A stretch of 53,222 nucleotides of DNA, from positions 248,001 through 301,222 of the forward strand of contig RSEE01000083.1 in the NCBI GenBank assembly GCA_003971905.1. The letters are read 5' to 3'. Source of the stretch: Moniliella sp. 'wahieum'. Its lineage: Eukaryota. A program made the position numbers and the translations under genes. Shown here piece by piece: positions 38,730 through 51,616 of the stretch. The notes beneath the pieces were generated by a model. The model did not search any database, had not been told where the DNA came from, and was given only the letters and a program-made list of their open reading frames with translations. Every line of letters begins with the position of its first letter. Within the stretch, counting starts at the first letter, position 1.

Positions 38730-41700
38730 GACAAAAAAGAACGTGGAGGTGGGGGTGGGGGAGGCAAGGGGCTAACGAGGGGCAGGCACGGGAGTGAGCT
38801 CTGAGGGGGGGGTAGGGAATGGCGGGTCAGGAGAGAAGGAAAAAAGGAAGAGACGCTGTGGAGGGGAAGCGGGACGCGGGAACCGGGGGGTACCCTGTAA
38901 GGAAGCAGGATTGTGGCTACACTGCTCAATCACTAGTCACTAGTCACTAGTCACTAGGCACTTGCCTTGGTTCGCAAGCCACGCCACAGCTTGCTTGCCA
39001 CGGGCTGTTCGCTGGGTTCAGCTCTCTTGCCCTGGTCCGACACTCGCTCCTTGCCTGCCGCGCCCGGCTGCGCTCTCTGTGCCCCGCACCAGCCTCGGCT
39101 GGGTGCAGCGCCAGTGTCGATCCGTTTGGGATGATCCGGAGGCGAACCCGCACGGCGCCAGTGACCAATTATGGAACACAGGCGCTGTGCCATCGCCATC
39201 CCCAGCCATGGGGCTGCGGCAGGCTGCTGCCTGTGGCTGCACAGCCGCTCCAGCTGACCACGTGCTACAGCGACGATCCGTCAAGAACTCGCCTCTCCGA
39301 TCTCCAGGCCCCTCGCTGCATTCCGACTGAGCAGGAGCTGAGCTCCTAAGCCCTGGGATCATGGGACCCTCGGCCTCTGGCCGGCCGGCCTCAGGCTCAA
39401 GATTCAACGTGTCCTACATTCAACTTGAAGTTCCTGCTTCAAGCTTCACTTGAAGAACTTGAGGCACAGGTCGAGCGAAGCCTGCGATGCTGTGCTCAGT
39501 GCGAGTGTGAGCGCTGAGCCCTCTTGGGCTCTGCGCTCTTGAGTCCTCTGGCATGTGGGGCCTCGTCCTGAGGAGACCCCGGTGGCCTCAGCGGTCAGGT
39601 GACCGGTGACCAGTTGGCCACAGGCAATCAATGGCAGAGACGAGTGGATCGACCTGAGATTGAGTACATACCTCCAGCATGTGCATGATCTGGAATGGAA
39701 TAATCATGTTAGTATCAATAGCAAAAGGCAGGTGATACATGATTAGATCTGAGACCTGGAGTCCTGATGGTCCTCGAGGATGATGCAATCGCACTGGTGG
39801 TGGTGGTGTGGCAACCAGCAATGCCTACAGAGGAACATCAAGCAGCGAGTCGCCATCAGGGGCTAAGCTGCGGGACAAGGAGGATAATCGATAACAGGAG
39901 AGGGGAAACAGCGTATCTCCTAGGCCTGAGGAGGAACTGAAGGGACATTGGCCAAAGCACGAGCCACGTAGCTCAACAGCAGGGACAGAGAAGACACTTT
40001 GCTCATCAGGCCCTCGTCAGGATCCCTGCCTCAGACCTGAGCTCAGGCCTATCTCCTCATCGATCTGATCCAGCATATTTGGTGCACCTCTCGGGCTCAC
40101 CACTGTCGGCCTCGCTACTACCACAGGATGTGAGCCCTGGGCCTGAACGTCATATTGGTCGAAGGAGCTTCCGCGACAGAATCCAGAAGACTGGTGCGAG
40201 CTCGGAAGGAATGAAAACTGATTCACGTGACTCAGGATCCGCGCGGTCCTAGGACGGATGTCAACAACACAAAAACTACAGAAGCCAATGGCGTCGTCAC
40301 ATGTCACATGTCACAGCGGATCAGGGCCTATACTGCCCCGCCAGTGGTCTTCAAATCGGATGCGGTGTTAGTGAAGCGAACGATTGGCACATTTGGCATT
40401 GGTACAATAGCAAAACATGTATATAGTTGCGGATTACACACAGTGGTGCTCGGCCAAAATTGCATCCGTCGTAGTATATGCTTTTTGTGTCACTAACCGG
40501 CGCCCCTCATCCATCACCGTGTCTTTTTTGCGAGAACGATTCCGTCTGAGTGAGGAGCCCTCGGGCTCAGCGTCTAGCAAAGAGAGGTAGTAGTGATAAG
40601 ATGGTCTTTGACCTTGATATGACTGGTGCGGGGATATATGACGGGGGGGCATACTATATAAGTGCTAGGCTGGCAGCCGCAACCTCCTCAACAAAAAAAC
40701 TCAAAGGGTATATAGGTTTAAGATCCTGCCCCAATCATCTGAATGATCGCCCTTCCTCTTACCCCACAGGGGTCAATGCCCCCACGGATCTCGCCGCGGG
40801 TATTCGCAGCCCTCGCACGTAGCATCCTGTCACGTTAGATGGAGAGACGTACGTAGTGGCCGTGTCTCGTCTGATGAGTAATAGAGTATCGTTACGGTGA
40901 GAGCCGACACGTCAAGCTGAATCCCATTCAATATAATACTTGTAAAGGTCTCTTGCCTCTGTCTCGCAACAATCATGTCCAATATATGTTCTCACATTCG
41001 GCGGTATCAAAGCAATGCTGCTAGTTCTCTGTCACATGCAGATGTCCAGGACCCGAATCCTCTTCACGATTCCGGCCTTGGGTTCTTTAAGATCAACGCA
41101 CATGCCCGGTCTGACCTGCTGTGCTTCACAAAAAGAACAGAGATGTCATGTGCGGGCCCCGCCAGGGGGCTCGACCAGGTTTGTGGGGTATACTATCCCT
41201 TAGGAGATGGTAGGACGACTCACGGTAGTTTCGGGCTTGGGCTAGTTGGTGGATCCGAGCGGAGCTAGAGACGAGGAGAGGCCTTTGGGCGTGAAGCCGC
41301 GGCGGCTGCACGTGTGGCAAGGCTACTGTGTATGAACCGGCTTGAGGCGTAGTATCGTGTCAGAAGCCTCCGGGGCTTAATAAGGATGGGTAGAGGCAGT
41401 AGATGACAAACGCTGCCAGAGCCGAGACTGGGCAGGGGCGGTTGTCGATGTGGTTGGAAAGGAACTCACGCAATAAGCTGGTACGGGGAATGGACGCGGT
41501 TGAAGGAAGGCTGGCGCGACTGCAGGACAGATGAAGAGCTGGAGGGCGGGGCTGGAAGAGGACGAGGAAGCTAAGTGGAGAGGAGGCTACCTTTAGTGAA
41601 TCAATTTCCCGGAAAACGGGCAGGAGTCGGATAGGATAGGTACGGATGAGGGACGAGAATGGAAGGTGGATAAAAAGATCCCCACCAACCAGGGGTACAA

Positions 41701-42323
41701 GCTCGATTAAAGGGGAAACGGATACAATAGAAGGGGGTGCAGAAAGGAATCAAGATGTGTCAAAAGAGGAGTTGGTTGCCGCAAGCGCAACCGAGAAAGG
41801 AAAAGTCAGTAGTGACGGGTCCACAGTCGTTGCAAAGATACTGGAAAGTTGGTGGCCTTATTCTTAGGCCGACCGACTGGGACTTGGGCGGGGGGAGACT
41901 GGCCTATATTGTCGCGCGTCAGACGCATGGCTACTCCGGTCCTCGTACATATGGTTTCACCAACTATCGTCGAATTTGGTTGGACTTCGGAGCGCGCTCT
42001 ACTGGGCATATGTGCGGAGCAGGCGGTTCTTAGCTTGGATCGGACCATTTCTGATCCAACGCAGCCCGTCACAAAAGAACAAAGGAAAGAAACGGTCGAA
42101 TGAGAGTCGAGAACCCTCTTTTTGCCTTCGCTGAGTGTCATTGGCAAAGCAGGTTTACGCCTTACTATATACTTTCGAAATGGCATGGCAGCAACTGTTG
42201 GTTTGCTGGCAACATCGTATAGGGGGATTAGAGGATGCAGTTTTATAAGGGCAAGCACTGGGAATACTGATTTCCCTTTTGTGTCACATGGATGAAGGAA
42301 GAAATGTAGAAATACCACTACAA

Positions 42324-42419
42324 GGTCGATTAGCTCAGTTGGTCAGAGCGTGGTACTAATATGTCCTCCCAGGAGTGTTGGTGATGCCAAGGTCATGAGT
42401 TCAAGCCTCATATTGACCA
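42324..42419 (+). tRNA. tRNA-Ile(AAU) with 22-nt intron (42362-42383)
   Basis: Acceptor GGTCGAT/ATTGACC, D-arm GCTC/GAGC, anticodon arm TGGTA-CTAATA[intron]A-TGCCA and T-arm ATGAG-TTCAAGC-CTCAT. A73, then a T7 terminator. Confidence 0.95.
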
Positions 42420-43745
42420 CTTTTTTTGGACTGCGTTGATCGAAGAAGCTTCAAAATGCTTTCGAAGAAAGATCGAAGTAGGATCTCGTGAAGTTTGAAG
42501 CTTGAAGCTAGGCTGCTTGAAGCTTAAAGCTTGCAGCTTGATTAATGGTTTTGATGATTTCGATGATTGGCGCTTGGCCAACAGCTGTCAAGCTTCTAGC
42601 TTCAAGCTTGTCAAGTGCCCTAGTGATATGCATGACAGTGATCTGGTGGCTAATAGCTACTGTGCTGCGAAAAGTTTAACGGAGCGGACAGAGAAGGGTT
42701 TTATTCGTTTCTGGATGTTGGATGGGAAAACAGCCACCAGGCACCGCAGCTGAACGGCAGGTGGGGCCTGGTGGGGCTGTGGCGTCAGCACAGTTGGGCC
42801 GTTGATACGCGGTTGACGTGTTGCCATTGCCATTGATGCTGATTCGCTGATTCGCTTATTCGTGAATCGATCGCGATGAATACAGGAGCTTGGATAGGCT
42901 CGGAGGCGCCGCTGGAAAGAGAGTATATGCAGCAGATTGCAGCTGGCTGGGTCCCGCCGACGTGGGTTTGCTGCTGGGTCGATGTACGATTCTAACGCGC
43001 TATACTGGGCCTGGACGACGGAGACAGGCGCAGGTACCCGAATGATCGATGAGGTCGATGATCGATGGCTACTGATTCACGCTCTCAAATCTCATCGATC
43101 GTTGATAACGGGTAACGTGTTGCTGCTTAGTACACTGAATCGGACAACCGACACGCCACGCGCTGGGCAGGGCAGTGGGCTACAGTGTCCGTCCCATTGC
43201 ACCTGTCTCATCTTCTTCGTCTGCTCCACCCGCCTGCGTCATATCCGATACCCAGGAGCAGCGGGGGGCAGTGTACATGATGCATGATCAGAGTTGTGTG
43301 CTGGTGTGCTGGCAATACTGGATGCATGATGTGGTGCACAAGGGCCCAGAACCGCGGCTGTGACATGTGAAGTACGTCCCTCCTCCCCTCCGCCGCACTA
43401 GCCAGCACTCGCCTCCCGCATCCATTCCTCTGTGGCGTGCCGTTCGTGATGGTCACTGGTCGCTCGTCACTAGTCACTGGTCATTAATCATTAGTCACTA
43501 GCCACTCTCGACGTCTGTCGCTGGCGCATCATGCATCATGCATCATGCGTCCACAGCCCCCTTGCGCCTCGCCAGTTACGAGTTACTAGGAACGAGTTTA
43601 CATGTCCCAGCCACACAACGTCCTTCTGTCTGGCCGCAAGCAGCCCCTCCTCTGCCGCCACCACCACCTCCACCTCCACTCTACCACCTCCTTCTGCTCC
43701 TCTTCCTCCTTCCTGCTCCTCTCCCTCTGTCCCACCATTGCATCC

Positions 43746-44812
43746 ATGGGCTGCTCCCTCCCGTCCCACCGACCAGCTCGCCGCCCTCACCCGCAGCGAA
43801 GCGATCGATGCCGAGCTCAAGGCGACCCGACTTGCACAGCGAAACGAGGTCAAGCTCCTGCTCCTCGGTGCCGGTGAGTCCGGCAAGAGCACACTGCTCA
43901 AGCAGATGAAGCTCATCCACCACGGGCCCTATTCTCAGCCGAGCGCGAATCCTACAAGGAGATCATCTTCTCCAATACTGTTCAGAGCATGAAGGTTCTC
44001 CTCGAGGCTATGGACGTGCTGCTGCAACTACCGTTGGGCCAAGCTCGGAGCGTTGCCGCTGCCCAATGTGTTGTTGCTGCACCGGATGAGGCCATTACTG
44101 GCTTCTTGCCCCCCGAGCTTGCCGCGGCCATTGGGGTTCTGTGGTCCGATGCAGGCGTGCAGGCCTGCTTTGCCCGCTCGCGCGAGTTTCAGCTCAACGA
44201 CTCTGCACCCTACTACTTTGAGGCGATTCATCGCATCGGCTCCAGCACCTATATACCCACTGACCAAGATGTCCTCCGTTCCCGCGTCAAGACGACAGGC
44301 ATTACCGAAACACGCTTTGAAATCGGCCGACTGAATTACAGCATTGTCGATGTGGGAGGACAACGATCGGAACGGAAAAAATGGATCCATTGCTTTGACA
44401 GTGTCACTGCCCTTATCTTTTTGGTCGCGGTAAGCGAATACGACCAAATGCTCTACGAGGACGCCAACACCAACCGCATGACCGAGGCTTTGACCTTGTT
44501 TGAGTCCATCTGCAACTCTCGTTGGTTTCTGCGCAGCTCCATCCTCCTCTTCCTCAACAAAACCGACCTGTTCCGTGCCAAGCTTGCCATCTCACCTCTT
44601 GGCAACTACTTCGCCGACTACAATGGGCCCGCCAGCTACGGCCCGGCAATTGAATTTCTGGAGGCCAAGTTGTCGGCCTCAACCAGAGCAAATCTAAACA
44701 AATCTACCCCCATACCACTTGTGCCACCGACACCAAGCAGATCAAGTTTGTCATGTCGGCCGTGAACGACATCATTGTCGGCAACAACTTGAGCAGTGTC
44801 GGCCTTCTCTAG
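43746..44812 (+). CDS. GPA1: Heterotrimeric G-protein alpha subunit, Gi-like group I (Gpa1 type), intronless
   Basis: MGC lipidation start, KLLLLGAGESGKST, LRSRVKTTGITE, DVGGQRSERKKWIHCF, ILLFLNKTD and TCATDTKQIKFVMSAVNDII. Small frameshifts. Confidence 0.95.
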
Positions 44813-47800
44813 CCCCGTTCCTCTTCCCCTATTCTTCACAACATGCGCATCGATCTCTGCTGCTTTGATTCCACAACAAGGTTGTCGCGCGTACCTTTAC
44901 TCTCCTGCCCTTTCTTGCCGCTGGCACACATCATGTTTTACATACCCAACCCCTTCCCTCCACACGGTCCCTCTTCAAGCTTCATCACTCTTACTTCATC
45001 CGTTTGCTTTGTGTGTCCTGGTTCCATGCCCCCTTGCTACACCCGTTTCGGCCTGATTGTCAACCCTTCACCGCCCCCCCTCCCCCCACCCCTGACTCTC
45101 ATCTGCCTGCCCTAACACCATTCGTGTACATTATTGTCACTTGGACCTGGCTGTTGTGGGCCATGAATGCGATCTGTGGCCATCGCAAGCTATGGTAGGA
45201 AACCCAAGTAATGATGCAGGTGGCTTTTCATATGACGTCTGATCCCTTCCCTTCCTCCTCGCCGTCCCCAACCATCTCGTCAGCGGTCTCAATGGAGGGA
45301 ATTGATGCTGGAGAAAGTGAGAGATTCGAGTGGCTCTTGTCTCACTCACGTGCCCATATGGGCTCCATGGCATGCTTCGTATCAGTTGGGAGGGCCTTTG
45401 TCCACCTCTCAACTGCGCCCCCCCTTCCTTCCGTAGGGACATGCGCCTCTAGTCTGTTCCTAGATGGATCCAGTCCATTCTGCTCCCCTTTCCTACATCT
45501 CATCATGTTTCCTGACAGCCGTATTTTAAACGAGGATGTGCCCGACAGCGGCAGAGTCATCGAGGAGAGCCACACTGAACACGCATGTGGATAGCACCAG
45601 CTCTTCAACTCCTCACCACGACTCGCACCCGTGGATCCGACGAAAGCAAAGGCACATTGGCATCCAGCGGGGGCGGGGGAAGAATCCTAATGTTGGCCCC
45701 GATGCGTTTGGGGCGCGTCTCACTCTTTCCTCACCAGGTCATCCTGCAACGGATATGCATCGTGATAACAGTGTCTTTACGGTCAAAGGGATGGGTGCAG
45801 TTAGTTTTACTGTGTGCATTATCCGTTGTGCCCAACAGGACCCTGAATCACTCGATACGACTAGGGCCGTCACGTCCACAGATCAAGTGTGTGCGATTGT
45901 CCATGTTCGGGGTCGGGCGTTCAACTGTGGCCGTGCACGGAGGGAGCCATATGCGGCCAATCTCGACTCAAGAAGGTTAGTAGGTACCAGAGTATCACGT
46001 ACACGTTTTCGAGAAGTGAAGAAGGCCATCGTCTCCGCGTCCAGCGCCTGTCTGGCTGTGATGGACAACAACCAAGCCGTACAGGATCTTCCGGTGCCCC
46101 ACAGGATTCATCCTTTTTGTTTCGCCAGCAAATGAGGATTGATGGCATGCAGGTACCCCGTGCGGGGTGCGCCAGGTGGAGAAAGTCCAGAGTTGAAGTC
46201 GAAATAGAGCCAGCGGAACCCCGCGGGGGGTAAAACGTTCGATAAGCGGGGCATGAGCACAGCGAAAGCATGGACGCGAAGGAGAGCGAAATCGGCATTG
46301 CGTTCCGCTTCGTACCTTGATCGTCAGGGGAGGGTGACATGGATGTCCTTTTGGACTGTCGCTGTCACATGTCATGGGCGGGACCCGACGGATGCCCAAC
46401 CCACGGTTTGGGGATGTTCTCCTTTGGAAGAAGAGGGTTCTGTCAGAATCACACCGTGCTAGGGGGGCCCTTGCCCACTAGGCCCGTATGGGCACTATGG
46501 CGTGATTCCTATCAGTTGGGAGATCCTGTGGACACCTTTGGACTGTGCCCCCTTCCTGAGGAGGTCATATACCTCCTCTGCGTCCATAGATGTATGCAAT
46601 CCATCTGCTTCCCTTCCCCCATCTCCGTCTCCTGACAGGTTCACAGGGTTATCGAGCCTGACCGCTATTGGCGGATCCAAACGGAGCTGGAGATGAGGTG
46701 AGGCATCTCCTTTGGGATACGGCTCGCCTGGCGCAGAACCTTGAAGGGGTTTGGCCGGAAGGTTGACGCAAGAAAAGACAAGGTCAGACAGTTCCAGTCA
46801 CAGAACAATCAACTCCTGTAGGATCTAATTGCAAGACCGCGCAGAGGAGACTGAACGCTGGACGGGGATCGACGGCAATGGATCATGTCTGGTCAAAATG
46901 ACTCTCAAAGGCCAAGAGGTGGTCAATGAGGCAGGTCGAGAGGTCTGCTGGTGAACTAGGGAGCATAACGGGGTGTTGACTGGTGCGGTGTCTCAAGGAT
47001 GGATTCGTGAGGGATATGTTGTTACAAAATGGCCCGCTACTAAGAGGAAAGAAAAAACAAAAAGCTATACAGACAGAAGGAACTTTAAGAATTCAACATA
47101 CAACGTAGAAAGTGGAAGGAGAATAAAGGCAAATGACGCTCAAAAGGAGCGCAGATCAAGTCGGAAAGGTTTCCACAATCTTCAGTGGTAACAGGAACAG
47201 TCAAACAAGGAAAAAGACCCAACAAAGTAATGGGCAAGTTCTCCACACCTCGGCAAGAGCGTAACGAAAGGCATGAGAATGTGAAGAGGGGTTTGTGAAA
47301 GAGAAAAAGGTGCAAGAAGGCGCTAAAATGCACAGTTACATAGCTAAACAGATGAACACCGAAGAGGGAGCATGTGTGGGTGGATCGAGGGATTGTGCGA
47401 GGCGTCCCGTTCCCCCCTGCTCCGCCCTTTTCTTGTTGCGCCTCTGGGTTGTCCTTCGCATGTTTGCATCTCCACCACATCCTACCCTGCCTTGTTGCCT
47501 CCGACAGAGATGCACATTACGGTGGATGGTGGGCTGAGCGCGCTGAGCTGAGCGCCGAAGCTCTGAGGAACGATGATTCATTCTGCCATCCCTGTTAGAG
47601 TATGGCCTGATCATGCACTATATGCCATTGCCTTTTGCGGCCAAGCCACTGGTATGCGGAAGTCTCCTCATTGTTTCGCCTCTCGAGCGCTCGGGCTGGT
47701 TATCCCTTGCGCGCCTCCTTCCCTTTCCTTTCTCTCTCCCTGTTGCACACAAGGTCGGACTAGCGTCAGGAGCTTAGAATAAGCTATCTCTGACTGTTTC

Positions 47801-50658
47801 CTATCTTTCCTTGCACAGTGCAATCGTCCTTAGCTTGGCAGCGTAGCTACTCAGTTAACGGACAACCGCGGTTTGGGCTCTCATTGGTGTGACCGATTCA
47901 TGGCGCTCACCCATTGATCGCCTAGTCTAGTGCTTCGCCCTAGCCCCAATCTTCAATCCCGAGGTCTCTGAAGTGCCTCGGCTTGAGGTGCCGACGTCAT
48001 CGAGGCCGACGGTCCCCTCAACGCCCTCAGCGCTCAGCGCGCTCAGCTCTCTCGGTCTCTTACCATGCACGTCAAGGGAGAGAGCGCTCTGAGATACTGT
48101 CTATATCAGATCTAAGTTACTGAGTACCTCAGGCATTGGAATGGATGACATGTACCACTGAGATCACTGAGATCTGCCGAGATGGGTATTGTGTGACCGG
48201 TGACAGTGACTAGTGACTAGTGACATGTGCCAGGCAGACGAGTGACCGATGATCGATGATCCCATCTTGCTTTGGCGCCGCCGCGATGAACTTCAACACA
48301 GGCCTCAGTGTACTTGTGGGAGGCGAGCAAGGCAAAGGGGAGATCGTGTCATGCATCATGCAGTCAGGGGGAGGCCGCCCTGAGGGGCAACAGGGAGGGG
48401 CGGAACAGGGGCGGAACAGAGGCGGAACGGGGCCGCCTCGCACAGTACTTCAGTAGCGCCAGTACTTCATGGCATCTCTGCGTTGCACGTTACTTCGTAA
48501 CTCAGCCTGAGTACTCAGCACCCCATAGTCTGAATGGAGCGAGTAAAGCTAGTGAGTGAAGCGAAGAAGAGTCGTCTCACGAACTCATTGATCATCGATC
48601 TCTTTCTCCGTTCGGCTCGCCGGACTTGGTGCGCTGGCGGCGATGTGTGCCTGGCTTCCGCAGCAACCTAGTGACTAAATGCAGACCAGCAGCGCAGGGC
48701 CTGGCACCGCGCGCTCTCGGCTGAATTTGGCTCAACTGAGCAGCTGGGGGTGCACGACACGCCCCGTGCGGTTCGGGACAACCGCCGCCAAAGTGCGGGG
48801 TAAGGCCTAAGGGGGGGGAGAGAGCATTATGCATTTTGGCCGAGACGAGAGCACGTGCCCGCACGGGCAGTGCAGGACAGCGCAGCAGTGCCCAGGCGCG
48901 CGGGGACCCGCGTGGTTGCGCGGCTGCGGTGAGCATGCAGGCGGGGGCATGGCACGTGTGACGTGTACGTGTGGCGCGTGACGACTCCGCGGGCTGCGTG
49001 TGGCGGCGGCGCCGGACAGGCGGGCGCCAGCCGGTTGCGCTGCCCCTCCCCTGCCCACGCGCCCCCCCTCTGCGCCCGTTCCCACCCACGCACGCGCGTG
49101 TGCTACGAGTGCGTTGCCATTGTTCATTCAATCTCGGATGTGTCTTGCAGTGCTGGTGTACAATGGTATCAAGAAGCTAGAGCGAGAGGAGCAGACCAAC
49201 CCGCCTCTCGGCTGGCACCGCATCTCTTTTTTTTTTTTCTTTTTTTTTCTCGGCGCCGCATCGGGCTTTTGCACATGCGGTGTATCGCTTGCCCGTTTGC
49301 CACTGTTTCAGATCCACCTCCAACCACAGGGCAGTGGGGGAAACGGGCGGACGTTGCAAGCCTCTGTGCCCACGTCCGGCCTTTCTCAAACAAGAGAGTG
49401 AGAGCCAAGTGTTCCCGCATTGCCACAGCAACTGCCAGCCCCGCCCAGGGACAGATGACCAGCAGCGGCGCCGTTGGACTCTGGCCGCGAGAGATGGGGC
49501 TGTTGGGCGGGGGAATGGTGATCACATGGCAAACGGTACAGAAGCCCCTGGAGCTAGCACCACTGGTACACTTGGGCAGTAGTCGTAGCTGGCCATAATG
49601 AACCAATCACATCATCCGACACAATCAGAAAATGTCAGCACACGCGAAAGCCTCTCGCAATTTTTCGCCCCCCTCCCCCCCCCCTCTCTGCTCTCTTCAC
49701 AGAGCTTCCAGACGGAAGGCGCAGCCCACATGCGCCACACCGCCAGAGGGGGAGAAGAGCCAGGCAATGACAGCAGTACCGAACTTTTTGTAATCGCCCA
49801 CGCTTTCGGAAGTTCACAATACCCCATGTCAGAGTCGCGCCTTGGATGGTCTGGCTGAATTAGGGTGGGATGATGGCCTTGGGGTGGACGAATGTGCTGA
49901 TGGCACCTGCTGCGGCCGCAAAAGGCGAGAGGTGGGACGGACGGAAGCGGGCCGATGTGGAGAGAGACCAGCGCGAGGGGGGGGCAGAGTGTGGTGCGGG
50001 TGCGGACATGGGGGGAAGAAGCGCAATTATATGCGCAACTGGCCGTAGTGAGACCCAGGCGGCGGGCGGGCGGAGCATATATCTAGCTGTGTTGGGTTAC
50101 CGGTTACTAGCATTACTAGCGTTGCAGTGCCCACAAGTCAGACACGCGGACAGTCGGTGGCTTGGAAGCTTGCTGTTGACGTTGACGCCAGAAAACAAAG
50201 GACCCGCTTGCTGTGTCCTGTGGGGGAGCTATCCGCTCAGGTCCAGGGGTGGGCATGTTGAGTGTGGGGGGCGTGCAGTCCAGCCCCCGCCGCTGTTTCG
50301 CAGAGCCGAACATCGCTGGCGCAAAGCCGGGGGGGCGTGCGCCTCGCACTGGGAGTGTGCGGACTGGAGGAAGAAGAAAGAAGAAACCGGTACTAGTAGC
50401 CTCTACTAGTAAGCCCGATTGCACCAGCAGCTGAGGCGCGGGCCCCGCCAGTGCTGAGGCGGAGCACTGAGACTGACCACTGAGCTCAGGCTCTCAGGAG
50501 AGGCTCAGCCTCAGCTTCCGAGCGTGCTCGCGCCGCTCGCACTCTCCACAGGGGGCGGACAACTCATTGCAGCCGAAGACACCATCTCTTCCCGCACCTT
50601 CCCGTCCGGCCTTCGCCATTCCTTCATAACCCCGGGTGTGGGGCACGCGCCTCCACCC

Positions 50659-50745
50659 TTGCACTCTCAGCGCCTCCAGCTGCACAGCACGTACCAGTGG
50701 CATTGCACTCTCAGCACTTCCAGCTGCACAGCACGTACCAGTGGC
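50659..50745. repeat. Tandem duplication, 44-bp period, 2 copies
   Basis: TTGCACTCTCAGC(GCC/ACT)TCCAGCTGCACAGCACGTACCAGTGGC at 50659 and 50703. Confidence 0.95.
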
Positions 50746-51616
50746 TAGCCGCTGTGCTAGCGCGGCAGATGACCGATGACCAGATCATGCAGATCAACCA
50801 CAGTCTGCTGTCATGTCCACGTTCAACGGTCGCACCATCGGCTCCTCTGCCGTCTGCATGCATCAAGGATCTCGATCACCTCACCCTTGCCCGGTCTCTC
50901 TCCCCGTCAGCTCAATCACCGGTCATCGTTACGGGCACCACGGGCCAGCGCTGTATTCTTGTCAGGTTGCCCACACACTTGGGGTGGCTGCTCTTGGCAG
51001 CTGTCTTGCGTTGGTCCGTAGGAACAGGGCCCACCAGCCAGGCCCAACTCCATCCATTGTGGTTGGGAACGTGGTGGGCCAAGCTCAAAATTGTTTCAGG
51101 TTTCCTGCCAATGGTACCCAATGCTGCCTGACTGGATTTTACCAACCTATGCTTGCCGTACACACCTGCATGGCCACTCTTAAAACATGCGGTAGGCCTA
51201 AGGTCTAAAATCGTAGCTGCAATCCTCACATTTAGCATCAACACAATACCGTGGAGGTTATAACATCTTCTTTTGACAACGTCGGGCGCCACCATAAGCC
51301 ACTCAAGGGCAGATTCAAGGACGAAGCTTCAAGCTTCAAGCTACGTCTTGCTTTAACCCCCGGTGTCATCATACTGTCCTCAGTCCCAACACAGGCAGCC
51401 GTGAAGCTTTGGCGGCAAGCATGGGCTTGCACATTCAATTTTGTGGAGGGGACACAAGGCATCTCCGCTGGGTGGGCCGGAAAGCGCCCGTGCTCCAACT
51501 GCCGAGCATGCTAACATGGACACGCACGAACGGGCCGATGGATCCGTCACAACGGGGTGACGAGGAAAGAGGCGGGCAAATGACGGGGGCGGAAAGGCAA
51601 TGGGAAAAGGGCACCA

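Noticed and set aside
50659..50748. 44-bp duplication read as a repeated lipopeptide pheromone precursor (contains CTLS)
   Set aside because: The period is not a multiple of 3, the ORF ends in TSG-stop rather than CAAX-stop, and there is no pheromone receptor nearby.
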